A stretch of 64,000 bases of DNA from the NCBI GenBank assembly GCA_002245135.1, contig NGBS01001166.1:186001-250000 (forward strand), read 5' to 3'. The position numbers and the translations under genes were made by a program. Position 1 is the first letter of the stretch. Every line of letters begins with the position of its first letter. This DNA is from Proteromonas lacertae (Eukaryota). Under the pieces are notes generated by a model, which was not told the DNA's origin, ran no database searches, and worked only from the letters and a program-made list of their open reading frames with translations. Positions 41,017-54,891 of this stretch are shown here, piece after piece.

Positions 41017-43221
41017 ATGGAACAGAATCCAGGTTTTATAGAAGGTTTAAAAGTACCTGATTATCAAAATGAAAAACGTATTTATTTAGTGTTATTGTAA
41101 ATAGAGCAATGCCTGAGTTTTCTAAGAGATTTTACTAGTGATGATCCTGAAACAAAACAGCCAATAAAGAAATATATGAAACAAATTGATTCTATTGCTT
41201 CAAGGGAAAGTTCCAGAGTTCTTATTGAATTAGACGATGTTTTTGCTATGGGTGATGATGTATTACTCGACCACATTGAAAATAACACAAGAAGGTATGT
41301 CAATATATTTGCTGATGCAATTGATGAATTAATTCCACAATCAAATCACATAATCGATAGTACTAGTGATATAGCCGATATTTTGGAAGCACATCGAGCT
41401 TCTTCAGGGGAAGGTGCACAATTGCCAAAATCATTAACACGTAGATACCAAGTAAACTTCAAAGCAAGAAGATCAATCAAACCAAGATCAGTAAGAGATA
41501 TTAAAGCATTAGATATTGGTCATTTGACTGTATTAAAAGGTGTAGTAACTCGTGCATCAGCAGTTAAACCACTAGTCAGAGTAGCTGTCTACACTTGTGA
41601 TGTTTGTGGCTTTGAAATATACCAAGAAGTCGATAGTAGAACATTTTTACCATTAACCGAATGTCAATCACAAAAATGTAAAACCAATAATCAAAAAGGA
41701 GATTTACACTTACAAACAAGAGGTAGTTCCTTTGATAAATATCAGACTGTTACAATACAAGAATTAAGTGAACAAGTTCCAAGTGGTGATACTCCCAGAA
41801 CAATGACATTACAATTACGAGGAAATTTAACAAGAAAGTGTTCACCTGGTAATATTATTACATTTAGCGGTATTTATTTACCAACACCTTATACTGGATT
41901 TAGAAGAATGAAAGCTGGATTAATAGCTGATACATATTTTGAGGTATTAGATTTAGAACAATATATACAGAACTATGAGAATACTGAAATATCGAATGAT
42001 TTAGTTGAAGAAATAAATGAAGCTAAAACTGATTCTAATTTATATGAGAAATTATCTCAATCTATTGCACCTGAGATATATGGTTTATCTGATGTAAAGA
42101 AAGCATTGTTATTACAAATGGTCGGTGGTGTGAGTAGAACAATGTCAGATAAGATGAAAATTAGAGGTGATATTAATATCTGCATGATGGGAGATCCAGG
42201 TGTAGCAAAATCACAATTGTTGAAATATATAGCAAATATATCACCAAGATCAGTCTACACAACTGGTAAAGGTAGTAGTGGAGTTGGTTTAACTGCTGCT
42301 GTGATTAAAGATCCAATTACCAATGATATTGCATTAGAAGGAGGTGCCTTGGTATTAGCTGATAATGGTATTTGCTGTATTGATGAGTTTGATAAGATGG
42401 AAGAAAATGATCGAACATCTATCCATGAAGTAATGGAACAACAAACATTATCTATTGCTAAAGCTGGTATTACAACTACATTAAATGCAAGAACATCAAT
42501 ATTAGCAGCTGCTAATCCAGTAGGAGGTAGATATAATGTTAAGAAAACTCCTCAAGAAAATATTAACTTACCTGCTGCTTTATTATCCAGATTTGACTGT
42601 GTATTTTTATTACTTGATACTCCAAATGCTGAAAGTGATAAATATTTATCTCAACATATATTGCATTTACATCAATATGGAAAAGCACCTGATATTGGTT
42701 TTGTACCTTTTAAACCTGAGTTTTTAAGAGCTTATATATCAGAAGCTAAACAAATATATCCAACCATTTCACCTCAAGTTGCGCCTTATATTATAGAATC
42801 CTATATTCAATTGAGAAAGATAGATAATGAAGCATCTAAAGGAGATAGAGTTAAATCATTGATCACTCCTAGACAATTGTTGTCGATACTTCGATTTGCA
42901 CAAGCATTAGCAAGATTAAGATTTAGTACCACTGTTGAACCACCTGATATTGATGAAGCTGTTAGAATAGTGAGGATGTCAGCTAATAGTAGTGAAGTTG
43001 ATGAAGATAGATCAGCATTTAGAAATGATCCTTCTTCAAGATTGTATAGTTTGATTATTGAGAAAATGAAAGGGACAAATTCTATAAAAATGGCTGATAT
43101 AGAGAATTTTGCTACTTCTAATGGCTTTAGTAAAGAACAATTTGATAATTGTATTAAAAGTTATGAAGATATGGGTATTTGGCAAAGAGCACGTAATTCT
43201 ACTACGCTAGAGCTTGTTTAG
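41017..43221 (+). CDS. MCM7: DNA replication licensing factor MCM7
   Basis: NTRRY, YTCDVCGFEIYQ, MKAGL.ADTY, GDPGVAKSQLL, IDEFDKM and NLPAALLSRFD. Confidence 0.97.
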
Positions 43222-43411
43222 ATGTATTGAATAGTGGATTTGATTATATTATTTTCTTAATATTAATATTTTGATTGTATTTATCAAAAAAATCATATTG
43301 TTTATGGTAAATAGAAAGAACGACAATCTAATTTGAATGTTTTAGAAGTCGGATTATCTAATTCTGTTAATTTAATTTGTTCGTTTTATTTATTCAAAAT
43401 TGTTTTTAATA

Positions 43412-46400
43412 ATGAGTTTGTTTTCATTCATTCTGTTTGTTAGTTTAGTTTTAGGTGGTGTAGATGATGCTGTAGGCTATGTGTTTAACAGTCCAGGAGG
43501 ATCATTAGAGCTATATATAACAGAATTTCTTCCATCTCTTGGCTTTAAAGCCCCTGCTTCATTTTATTATGTTACAAGTTCTAATGAGCAAGATTTAGAT
43601 ACAGAAATCGTTAAACTTGCCAAAATCAACAAGAGAGTGATTTTCGGTTATGTTCCCCAATTCAAACCCAGTATAATCAATAAAATTGCAAAAAAGAATT
43701 CTGTCGTTTTTATTACACCAGCAGTATCAACAGAAGACAGTTGCTACAGTAATCTAATTCAAGGGTATTCTGTGTGCAAATCAATTTCAAGAATATTAGA
43801 GTTAATTAAGCATGATTATAAATCATTTACTATCCTTTATGATTCACAATCGAACATTAATAATTGTGCAAATCTAATACATGAGTTTCTAAATTATAAT
43901 TCATATACGAATCCATCTATAACAGAAATTGTTTCTTCCTCAGATATAGATGTTTCTAGTATAAGTAGTGATGATGTAATTTTAAACTTTCTATCAACAT
44001 CATTATCAAATAGCTTATACTCTATTTCACCTCGATCATTTAATATTATTGGATTTCAAAATATCGATATTCAACAGCATGATTTAACAAAAATGACAGA
44101 TACTTATATAGCTAGTGAAAGTAATGATGATTGTGGCTCTATAGACTATGCGACATCATCATATCCATCACCAAATATTGAACAATTTTCACTGTACATT
44201 TATAATTATTTAATTTATATAATTTTCATAGAGGTCAATCACTATTTCTATTTTTAGAGAATGCCAAGAATATTGGATTTAAAGGTCATGTTGATTTACA
44301 CAAATTATTGACATTGACACAATTTTCATTCAAATCATCAACTATTACCTTATTACCAAATCTAAGACTATCTAATAGAATATCACTCTCTAAAATAGAT
44401 AATAGTAATAAATTTATTCCAATACAGAGTATTCCAGGAATTAATGGCATATATTATAGCGATATATTAGATAATCAATATGAAATGATATGTGACATAA
44501 CAAACTACAATGATGAAGTTAAATCAACTGATTATTACGTTATATTAATAACATATTTAACTGGAGATTTATCAAAATATGATTCAAGTGTTAAAACTGG
44601 ATTAAAAATAGCATTAGAAATATTAAACAATGATAATCCAATATTGAACAGAAATACTCATCCAATCTATATGGATGCAAATAGTAATAACTTAAATGAT
44701 GAAATAATTCATTATATTAATTCATTTAATGTTATTGCTATTTATACTACAATGGAATTTACTGATTTTGAAGTATTTACAAATACTGCAAATGAAACAA
44801 TATTTGAAACTCCATTTATATATCTCAATCTAGTACCAAACGAAATAGTGAGTGATAAATACTTCTTAAATGGAATGAATATAGGAAATTTATGGAGAGA
44901 AACTAAAACAGCATTAAATCCTAAAAACATATTCTTTATAGGCAGTAAAGGAACAGTATCAGCAAATGCAATATCTTATATATCCTATGATGCTTCATTG
45001 AATGGAATTAATGTTAGAGGTAGTTATATATTAGATAGTAATACATACGAACATGCTGTAAATGCGTGTAATGAGATTGAAGCAGAATGTAAACTACATA
45101 GTGATTGTTATATTATTACATTTATGGAAAGGAATTATACTTTGAAGTTTTATGAAGAATATAAGATTGCAAGATTAATATATCCAATTGTGTCTTATAA
45201 TTTAGATGAATTAATGATTAATTCTGTTAATAAAACATATGTATAATTATATTTTTCTTTTTATATTGTATTTAGTATGAAAACCATTATGTTATTGGAT
45301 ATTTCTTCAATGAAATGGAACTATCAGATGATGTTGATAATCGATTAAGCGATTACATTAAATCAAATTCATTTTATAAAGATTTTATTGTTACTTCAAA
45401 CACAGCTATTTTATATTCAGAAATAATGCTATTATCATCTGTATATTATTGTATTCTAAATTATATGAATAGGTTATTGATATTACAAGGCAAATATCCA
45501 AAGAAAAGATTAAATATTCAATGAAATATGGTTATGTAATAGGCATAGGAGGTGTAATAAAAGGAAATGATGAAGGATATGCTGATTTTAATGTTCATAC
45601 AGGAAAGATTAGTAATGGAAAGATAGAAGAAATTAGTAAATCATTTTTTGTAGAAGTATCAGCTGTCTTTAGTGATTCAACCAAATATTATGATAGAGAT
45701 TCAAACCAGATTAAAACAAGAGAAGTTAAGACAATATCTTTCTTATATGTGAGAAATGAAAAGAATGAAGATAGAATCAATCATTATGTATTATATGATT
45801 CATTTGTGATTGAATATTTGAATAATCAATACAATGGTGTAGCTGGTTATAGAATAAGAACAGCATTTCCTGAATTATATAGTAATGAAGACTTAAAGAA
45901 TTATGTTCAATCTGTTGCTAATAGTGATGATTTATTGTTATTTGTTGGTACTTTGACTTTTGAAGAGAGAGAATCAATTCAACAGCTGTTGATTGATAGT
46001 AATAAGTTGTTATTGAGTATTCATCCTGCTGTTGGAAATCAATGTTATAGAAATATTATTCAAATATCATTTTTTTTCGTTTATTTTTAGCATTTATCTG
46101 TTTCTATAATTCTAGTTTATTTTGGAGTATTGCCTCAACATTATATATTTACAATTATTGCATATTGGTATAAACACAGTAATAATTGCATTATGATATA
46201 TGGAGATAATGAAGTTAATAAACACACAGCAAATTACACTTTAAAATACACTGAAGAAATAAAGAATTATAAATGTGTTGGTGTATATGTATCAGATAAT
46301 TCAAATCTTACAGAAATCATTGAAAATGAAATTGTCAATAAATATACTGATGGTGCTGCAATAATAACAGCTTTAGATGAAAGAACAGAATCATTTCTAA

Positions 46401-47265
46401 TAGAAATGAGTAATTATAGTAGCAGTAATAATTATCTTTATCCAATTATAATCACTGATTATATTGAATATAAATACTTCGAATTAAAATATAAAGAATA
46501 TTATGAGAACGTTTATTTTACATCATCTTATTCATATCATTTAGATAATGAAGAAACAAGAACAATGTCAGAAACTATTACTAGTTACTATGGCAAATCA
46601 AAAGAACTAATGACAACAACAACACTTACATTATATTCTGCTTTGAGACTATTTACTGAAAGTTATCCAAATAATTATAACAACAACAGCAATGAAATAA
46701 GATATAACATGTATGATACTGTTATTACATCTCCAATGGGTAAGATTATTGTTGATACAAGTAATCTAATGAGAATGTATACAATGATGATTCAGATAAA
46801 GAATAATAACAGTGAAATAATACTAAGTTCTGATTATAGCTATTATGAATCACAATTTGCAGATATTGTATAATTTATCATTATATATATATTAATAATA
46901 GTTTAATAATGAATATTTAACATGTCATTTTGAAGAAGGTTCAATATCTGATGTAATAAAGGAAGAGGTTCAAGAAATAGGTATTTGGCTTGAAGATGAT
47001 GAAAGTGTTAGATTCACAGTTCAAGAATATCTCTATTATAATAAGTTCACATATGGAACTACTTATGTTGAAAAAACAGTATATTGTTCTGATGAAGAAT
47101 CGATATTTAAAATGGTTAATGATAGTTCAATATCATATATACTTTCAACATGTAATAGAACAGTCAATTCAAATATTGCTGAAGTTGCTAATGAGAAGAA
47201 TGTAAATATATTCATTTTAGAAGATCAATATGAACCAATATGTGAAAAGAGATTGTATATAATAT

Positions 47266-47297
<32 letters not shown>

Positions 47298-50200
47298 GAA
47301 ATAGTATGGTATTAGGATCTTCTCCTTCACAAAGACTCATTCCTCTAATTCAATATTTATTTACAGTAGTTGATTCAAATGTATATGTCATTATTCCACT
47401 TGCTTTCAACAATTCAATTGAAATTGATATGATACAAACCACAGTTGATGTAAATGGAGGTAAAGTAATTCAAATCCTATTCATTGATGAAGAAGATGAT
47501 AGTAAAAATGTGGCAAATGAAGTGAAAATCAGTAGTTTAATAGCTTCAATTTATAGAAATGGCAATACAGGTGGTATTATACTCAATTACCTTCATAAAT
47601 ATGATAAATACTTATTTATATATCTTGAAAATATGTTAAAATATCATACGCTTGGTCAAAATGAAAAAGAATCTGAATTTATCATTGTTTCAATGGATAT
47701 TGATAGAATCTTGGATATTGAAAATCCAAAGTTATTGGATAATCATGTTGCTTTAGGTGTGTCATACATAAGTAAAGAAACTAGTAAATTCTTATATGAT
47801 ATAAGTACAAATACATATGGAGAAGGAAATATATTAAAGAAAATAGAATCAAGAGGTTTAATTGCTATTGAATTTATATTAACTGTTAGTGTATTATTAG
47901 AGAATAGTGAAAATCATGATTTCATGGATTATATTCATATCAATGAGATTACCACATCTTTAGGAAATATTAGAATTGATTATGATAATTATTTTCCTTC
48001 AATAGTTTCCATATATGTTGCAAATACTACAAATATATTACATATAAGATATGTTTTATCCAACCAATGGCCTGGTGAAACTTATAGAATAACTTATCAA
48101 AATATCACATTATTTCCTTTTTGTGATGTTACAAATAAGAATAAAATTCAAGATAGATTGTCTATTAATGTCATTCTATTTGTTCCATTGCCAAGTAATT
48201 ATAAATTAGAAGGATATAGAATGTTACTCTCTTACTTATCAATAATTGATTATATTAACAAAAACTACAGAGTTAATGGGTTATATATAAATCCAATCGT
48301 TATTGATACAAAGGGAGGGTATGAAATAGTTAGAGAGGTATTATCAAAGATGTCAATAGAATATAACACCAAAATAGCATTGGGAATTGATAATAGTTTG
48401 AATAGGAAAGAAATAGCAAATGAATTAGATGATTATGATGTATTATTAGTATATCCAAATGATTTTGAAGGATATGAATGCAAAGAGAATATTATATACG
48501 TTGGAGTTCCATTTGCAGCTAAAGTAACTTACTTACCATGGATCTTAGGTCATTTAAATAACAAAATTTATGTTGTTTATACAGATTCATATGATAATGA
48601 TGTTATTTCTAAAATGATTAGTCATGAGTTGAATTTAAGAGGATATTCTATTGTTGGTATTTCAAAAGTACCAGAAACTAATTATATACTAAAAGAAGTG
48701 GTCAATATGGTACATATGAAGATGAGAAATGGTGGTGTAATATTATCATTCTTAAAAGGAAATGCAGCTAAAGAATTATACAAAGCATGTTATGATGAAG
48801 ATATTAAATATCCAAATTACTATATTATAAGCGATAATTTGAATGTAGCAAATATAAATAATGATGAAGGAGTGTATATGATGAATCATTATATATGGAA
48901 TACTTATCCTGAAGAGTATTATGATGTGGAAGAATATGTTAATGTTTATAACAACAAGTATACATTCATTACAAATCATACAACTAGTTTCGTTCCTGCA
49001 TTTCTTTCTGTTAAAATATTAGCATTAGCATTTCAACATATTACATTCAATGAGAATTATTCTTCTGCTTTTACAGTTGATTCTATTCTCAATAAAGTTC
49101 ATAATGTTTCAACATCACAGATTAAAATATATAACAACAATTTCGCATCTTTTACTTTGAGTATAAAACAGATTAAATATAATGAAACTTCAAAACAGTG
49201 TTATGGAGATATAATCTATAAATATCAATCAAATTCAGAACCAAATCCTTGGGCATCTACTTACAATCTAAATGGTAAATTTATATGTGATTGGAATGAA
49301 TCAAATCCAAATAAAAATGAAACAATTCCAGTGGATGCTGTTTCAATTGCATTAGTATTTCCATTAAGTGATCTGGAATTAGGTAGTTATGCAACTGATA
49401 TATTAGAATCAGCCATATCAACATTATCTGAAATAAATGATAAAAATGGAGGTGTTAATGGTTTGTATATTGATTACATTGTTTTTGATTATAAATATGA
49501 AACTGAATCAATACTAACTAAGATTGCTTATGATATATTAGAGAATGAAAATATTGTGTCTGTTTTTGGATGTTTGAGTGAAACTTGTAAGAATATTATT
49601 TCCAGTATATTGCAACAGAAATCAATTTCATTATGGTATCCAGGAACAGCATATTGTCTCAGATATGATATCTAAAATTGGTAATATAAGAACAGCAGTA
49701 TTCTTTTATTTAAGTGGATCTTTATCATCATCAGTTTTACATGAAATAGAAAATCAAGGTATTAGTTTATCTACAGTTAATCTAATTCTAATGAGATTTT
49801 CAAAAGCTGATTATTCAGATGAATTATTGATGAAATTATCAGGAGCTTTAATACCAGCAACTTATTCTTCAGATTTATCAAGTCCATTAGCAAGATCATT
49901 TCAATCAGATATGAAAGGTGGATTAGGAAATACAGTAGAAATACCAGAAGAAATGGAATATGTATATTCAGCCTTGCATTTATGGAAAAATAGTTTAGAA
50001 ACTAGTATAAAAGACAGTGGAGGTGATATAAACCCGCCAATTGAATATATTCGATTGAATATGATTGATAAAACATTTACATCTCCATCTGGTCCAATGA
50101 TCTTAGATAAAACATTATATGTAAAGAGAAGTATGTATGTATTTAGAGTTAGTGATGATGGTAAATTTATTCAAATATATCCAAAGACAGGATCAACTGT

Positions 50201-51469
50201 ATTATATGATCCAATTCCATATCCAGATGGTGTTCCAGCAGAATGTAATTTTGGTAAAAAGAAAGTATATTTTGAATATAATACCATGATGAAAGCTGTT
50301 GCTTATGTGTTAATGAGTATTGCAATAGTTTTATCATTTTGGTCATTGTTATTCACATATGCATCAAGAAATAAAATGATTATTAAATCATTTGGTAGAT
50401 CTTATAGTTTTATATTTGCAGTACAGTTGTTGATACTATCATTAGCAGTAATACCAATGGCAATTGCACCAACTAAAAGTAATGGGATTTGCACAGCAAG
50501 AGTTGTATTCTTAGGTTTATGTGTAAAAGGAGTGTTAGGTTTAATGATAGCTAAATGTATGAAAATATATAACAGATATAGAAGATTGAAAAGAAACATT
50601 AAAAAGAGTAGAATAAAAATGGTTAGATTATTATTTACTTGGTTGTTTTTTGAATTATTAGAATCATTAATATTGATATTGTGGTTTACTTTAGATCCAA
50701 ATGAATATGAAGAAACGTATAGTCAATCTCTCAGTGGTTATTTTTTCGATGAGTATATTAGAGAATGTACTACATCAACTCCATTTTTGTATATAATATC
50801 TATTATATATTTCATGAATATATTTCTAGAATCGTTGAATTTATTACTGATGGAATTCCATTAATAATTCTGTTATATATCACTAATGTAATAAAGAATA
50901 AAATTAATGATCATAATGAAGGAACAGCAATGTTTATTTCTAGTTGTGTGATATATATCTTTTTTTCATTAACATTTATCTTGTTATTAGCTTCATCTTA
51001 ATGTTTTTTACCTGTTTTTGGTGTTGTTATGACTGTATTAGATTTTTATGTTAATTCAGAACCTAATACTGTTTTGTTATTAAGAGCAATGGGAATTGAA
51101 ATTACTCAAATTTTAATGATTATGTTACAATATGGAAATATCTTTTTTTTTACACAATTTTCTTAATGATGTTATTTAATTCTATTGTTTACTAAAAATG
51201 ATTAATGTTTATATTGATGATGATTCAAACAGAATAACACAATCAGGCAGCCAAGCAAGTAAAACTGAAAAGAAATATCCTTTTCATATCTTATTCATCC
51301 TATTTATTTTCTTAATTTATTCAATCTGTTAGATTCTTCCCATCATTCTTCTAACTCTCAAAACAAAACTCAAACCTCTACATTCCTTACATCACACATG
51401 AAATCTATGTTTACAACATCTACATTAAATGCAATTACAAAAAATCAATCATCAAGGAAGTTGTTATAA
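43412..51469 (+). CDS. Giant class-C-like 7TM receptor with about 6 tandem AmiC/UrtA-like periplasmic-binding (Venus flytrap) domains
   Basis: Signal peptide MSLFSFILFVSLVLG; repeated motifs such as EIN..NGGVNG, VFGC.S, YPNDFEGYECKENIIYVG and F.SPSG; C-terminal hydrophobic helices with C..R, L...K..KIY and HNEG; frame break at about 49640. Confidence 0.75.
51138..51192 (+). other. U12-type AT-AC intron, 55 nt
   Basis: ATATCTTTTT donor, TTTTCTTAAT and TTATTTAAT branch candidates, 3' TAC; gives QYGIKMINVY at the end of the last TM helix. Confidence 0.8.
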
Positions 51470-51523
51470 TAATTGTTTTATTTTTATTATTTTTAGTATT
51501 AAACACACAAAATAGTCAAATAA

Positions 51524-54500
51524 CTATTTAATATTATAAAAATGGTTTGATAATTCTTTCTTTAATTCTTTACCAATTCCATCTATTGTTATTGATTTAA
51601 GTGATGAAAACGATTTTAAAAACGATACTAATTCTAATTTATCTATCTCTTCTTTTATTGTTATTGTTAATAGACTTAAACATTCAAACACTTCTTTGTC
51701 TTCTGTCATCAATCTTAATTCTTCTTCATTTAACTTATTTCCTGATAGATTTATCTTCTGCAATGGCTTATGAACTTTTAATCTTTCTATTAACATTTTT
51801 AATCCTCTTTCACTCATTCCTATATCTATTTCAATTAAAAAACTATGTTATATTCATAAAATACTTGAAATATTTAATATTAATGAATAATTATCATCAA
51901 TAAATTTATCAAAATTTTCACAAATAATCTCTATTCCTTCATCTCCAATTGGATTGTTAAATATTGAAATATAATTTAAATCTTTTGGTATAGATTGAAT
52001 TAATTCTGATAATCCTTTATAACTGATATGATTATTGGATAAATCAAGTGTTTCATAATCAATCTGTTTTATGATGGGAATGTGAGAATCATTGATATTT
52101 AAATCTATTGCATTATATACCTTGATTTAATACTGGATAAATCATAGTATTTATACATATCACTTTTTTTAGTACAATAGTCTAGATAATACTCCAATTC
52201 TTTATTTTTCCAAGATGAATTTTTCATCTGAATGAACGGATATTCTTCATTTTCTAACGATTTTGAACATATTGATTTTAATCCATTCATTTTGATATTA
52301 TTCTCATTGAGATTAATTACATTACACTCTCCAATTAAATATAATATATCTGTAAACATTACGGCACTTTCATCATTTATTGATGTATTACTCAAATTAA
52401 GATCACTGTCTATCATTATATCCAACTTCTCTTCCAACAATTTTAATCCAATATTACCAATCGGATTATCTATTACACAGAATAATAAAGATTATATAAC
52501 AATATATATATATATATATATATACTGTTAATAATTAATTGTTCAATATTATCATTCTCTTTCACATAATTCATTAAATAATCTATACCTTTTGAATCAA
52601 TATTATTATCAGCTAAATCAAGTACTTCAATCTTTTCATCAGCAATTCTTAAACCATCAACTAAATATTTCATTCCTAATGACGATAATCCCATTTCTAT
52701 AAAACATTTATAAAACAACAAACTATACTCGAACAATTCAGATAACTTCCTAATAAATGGATATGCAGAGATAAAATTCTCATTCCTTCATCTCCTATTT
52801 CATTTTCATATAATTGAAGTTCTTTTAGATTTGGAAATGAAGATAAATTGTTTATCAGTATTTCTACACTTTCACATGTCAGATTATTATCTAAACAAAT
52901 GGAAATTTAAAAACATACAACTCAAATCTAACACTTCTATTTCTTTAAATTCATTTAATCTTAAAGTAATGAATGATTTGAAAAAATCATCATTAATTCC
53001 ACAATGATTCAGATTTAATCCATTATTTTTGTATTTGACAAATTTAATTAACTCTGGAATATCTTTGTCAATCAACAATTCTTTATTTCTTCCATAAATA
53101 TCAAATACTATTTTTGAAATAGAAAATTTTGAGAATACTGCTTTTAATCCACTAGAATAAATATCCCAGTTGTATGTAATATTTATTTTCTTTAGATTTG
53201 GATATTTAAATAACTCTTCTGATAATATTATCATTGATTTATCATTTAAATTCATTCCACAAAGATTCAATTCATTCTTGTCATTTATTAATAAATGAAA
53301 TATGGAATTAATAATTTGAATCCTATTGGACCAATTGGATTATCTATTTCATAATAATCAATACAAATAGAAAAAAATCAATACATTCAAGATTTACATA
53401 TTTAAGTTTCATAAATGGAATTGATTTTACAAATGATTCTATAAAACGATATGTAAGATTACAACTACATAAATTCAACTCTTGCAGATTTGATATTTGA
53501 TTATATAATGCTCCAAATAAAGGCTGGTATCTGATCTGAATATCAAGAATTTCTAAACAAGTAAATAATACTACAATAATACCAAATTTTAGTTTTTTAA
53601 AATTGGATAGTTTTAGTAATCTAAAAAAATAATCCATCCCTTCTTCACATAAACAAACACAAAGTTTATTAGCAATGACTCTTTCATTTAAATAATGAAG
53701 AAGGAGATTGAAAATCATTTCATCTAAACAACAAATCTTGTTTTCTTTGTTTTTGTGATAAATTTGAAATTTCAGTTTATCTTTTATTGATTCATCTCTT
53801 TTGATTAGTTTCATCATTAATAATATCGATAATATTCTATCATTTGGTTTATTGTTGTAAGATTCAATCAAACCATCTCTCATTAATTCATTCTTATTAT
53901 ATTCTATATAATAGTCTCTTTGAGTATCTAATGGAGTTATTTCTAGTAAATAATCATTATTGAAGAATGTATATTTTCTTTCATTATATATCATTATATT
54001 ATTATTTTCATCTCTAAATATTTCACTCACTTTTATCATTTCTTTTCTCAACTCTTTTAAACTCAATCTTTCTTCATTCTTCACATTCAACATTCTCTCC
54101 ATCATCTCTTCCATCATATCATCACATTCTACATCTATACGATATTTACATCTCAGAATTTTATTCAGTGTTCTGTTGATATTATTATCTTCATTAAATG
54201 GTAATTTTTTGTTTATCATTTCATATAATATACAGCCAATAGACCAAATCACACTTTTATCATTACATTCTAATCCATTCAATTCTTCAGGGCTTTTGAA
54301 GCAGATATCATATAATCTTATATCTTCTTCTTTTCTCAATGTGTTTAAAAACAAATCACAGATCTTTATTTCACCTTCACTTTCATATACTATGTTACTA
54401 CTCTTCAAATTGTTTATTATTACATCATATTCACTCAATACCACTAATATATCACATATTGAACATATAATAGCACAAATATCACCAGTTATCAACGAAT

Positions 54501-54820
54501 TATTATGAATTATTTCTTCTAAGTCTCTTTCATAATATTCTCTTGACAATATCATATGATCACCATATTTATTCATCTCAAACACTTTTGAAGGATATAA
54601 TAACGATTTACAACTATCTAACAACAAGGAGTCAGTCTCATAGAATTTTAATATATTCTTTTCTTTTATATCACTAACATTTAACATTTTCAATTTTTTA
54701 ATATTACTTCCATATTCTACAACTATATCTACTTCAGTTACACTCTTTTCTATTCTCTCTTTTAGCTAATAATAATAAATCAATAAAAATACATCTGAAT
54801 TTGAGGGTAATATCGAGGAT
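51524..54820 (-). CDS. Pseudokinase + ribonuclease-inhibitor-type LRR protein; 5' end apparently cut by the viral insertion
   Basis: NNLKSSN, CDLF, SPE and IWSIG kinase remnants; LRRs NPIGPIG, NEIGDEG, NNIDSKG, NPIGDEG; the frame extends upstream through a 27-nt intron to the element edge with no ATG in that upstream part. Confidence 0.75.
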
Positions 54821-54842
54821 AGTAATAATAATAGTAAATAAA

Positions 54843-54891
54843 GGTTCTGGCACACCGAGCCGTATGACTCGGGCTCCTGGCACACCGAACC
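54843..54891. repeat. GC-rich subterminal direct/inverted repeat
   Basis: CTGGCACACCGA at 54847-54858 and 54877-54888, with complementary arms GGTTC/GAACC and GAGCC/GGCTC. Confidence 0.9.

Noticed and set aside
50932..50990. Another U12 intron suggested by ATATCTTTTT at 50955
   Set aside because: No frame-restoring AC or AG end for that donor; a GT-AG intron at 50932-50990 restores the frame (HNEGTAIFILM)
1..54820. Stop codons created by polyadenylation, as known in Blastocystis (TGTTTGTT seen at 31736-31743)
   Set aside because: Every gene I could trace to its end has a genomic stop codon; the GT-rich motifs lie downstream of those stops
54847..54888. CRISPR-like repeat-spacer-repeat
   Set aside because: Only two 12-bp repeats, eukaryotic context and no cas genes
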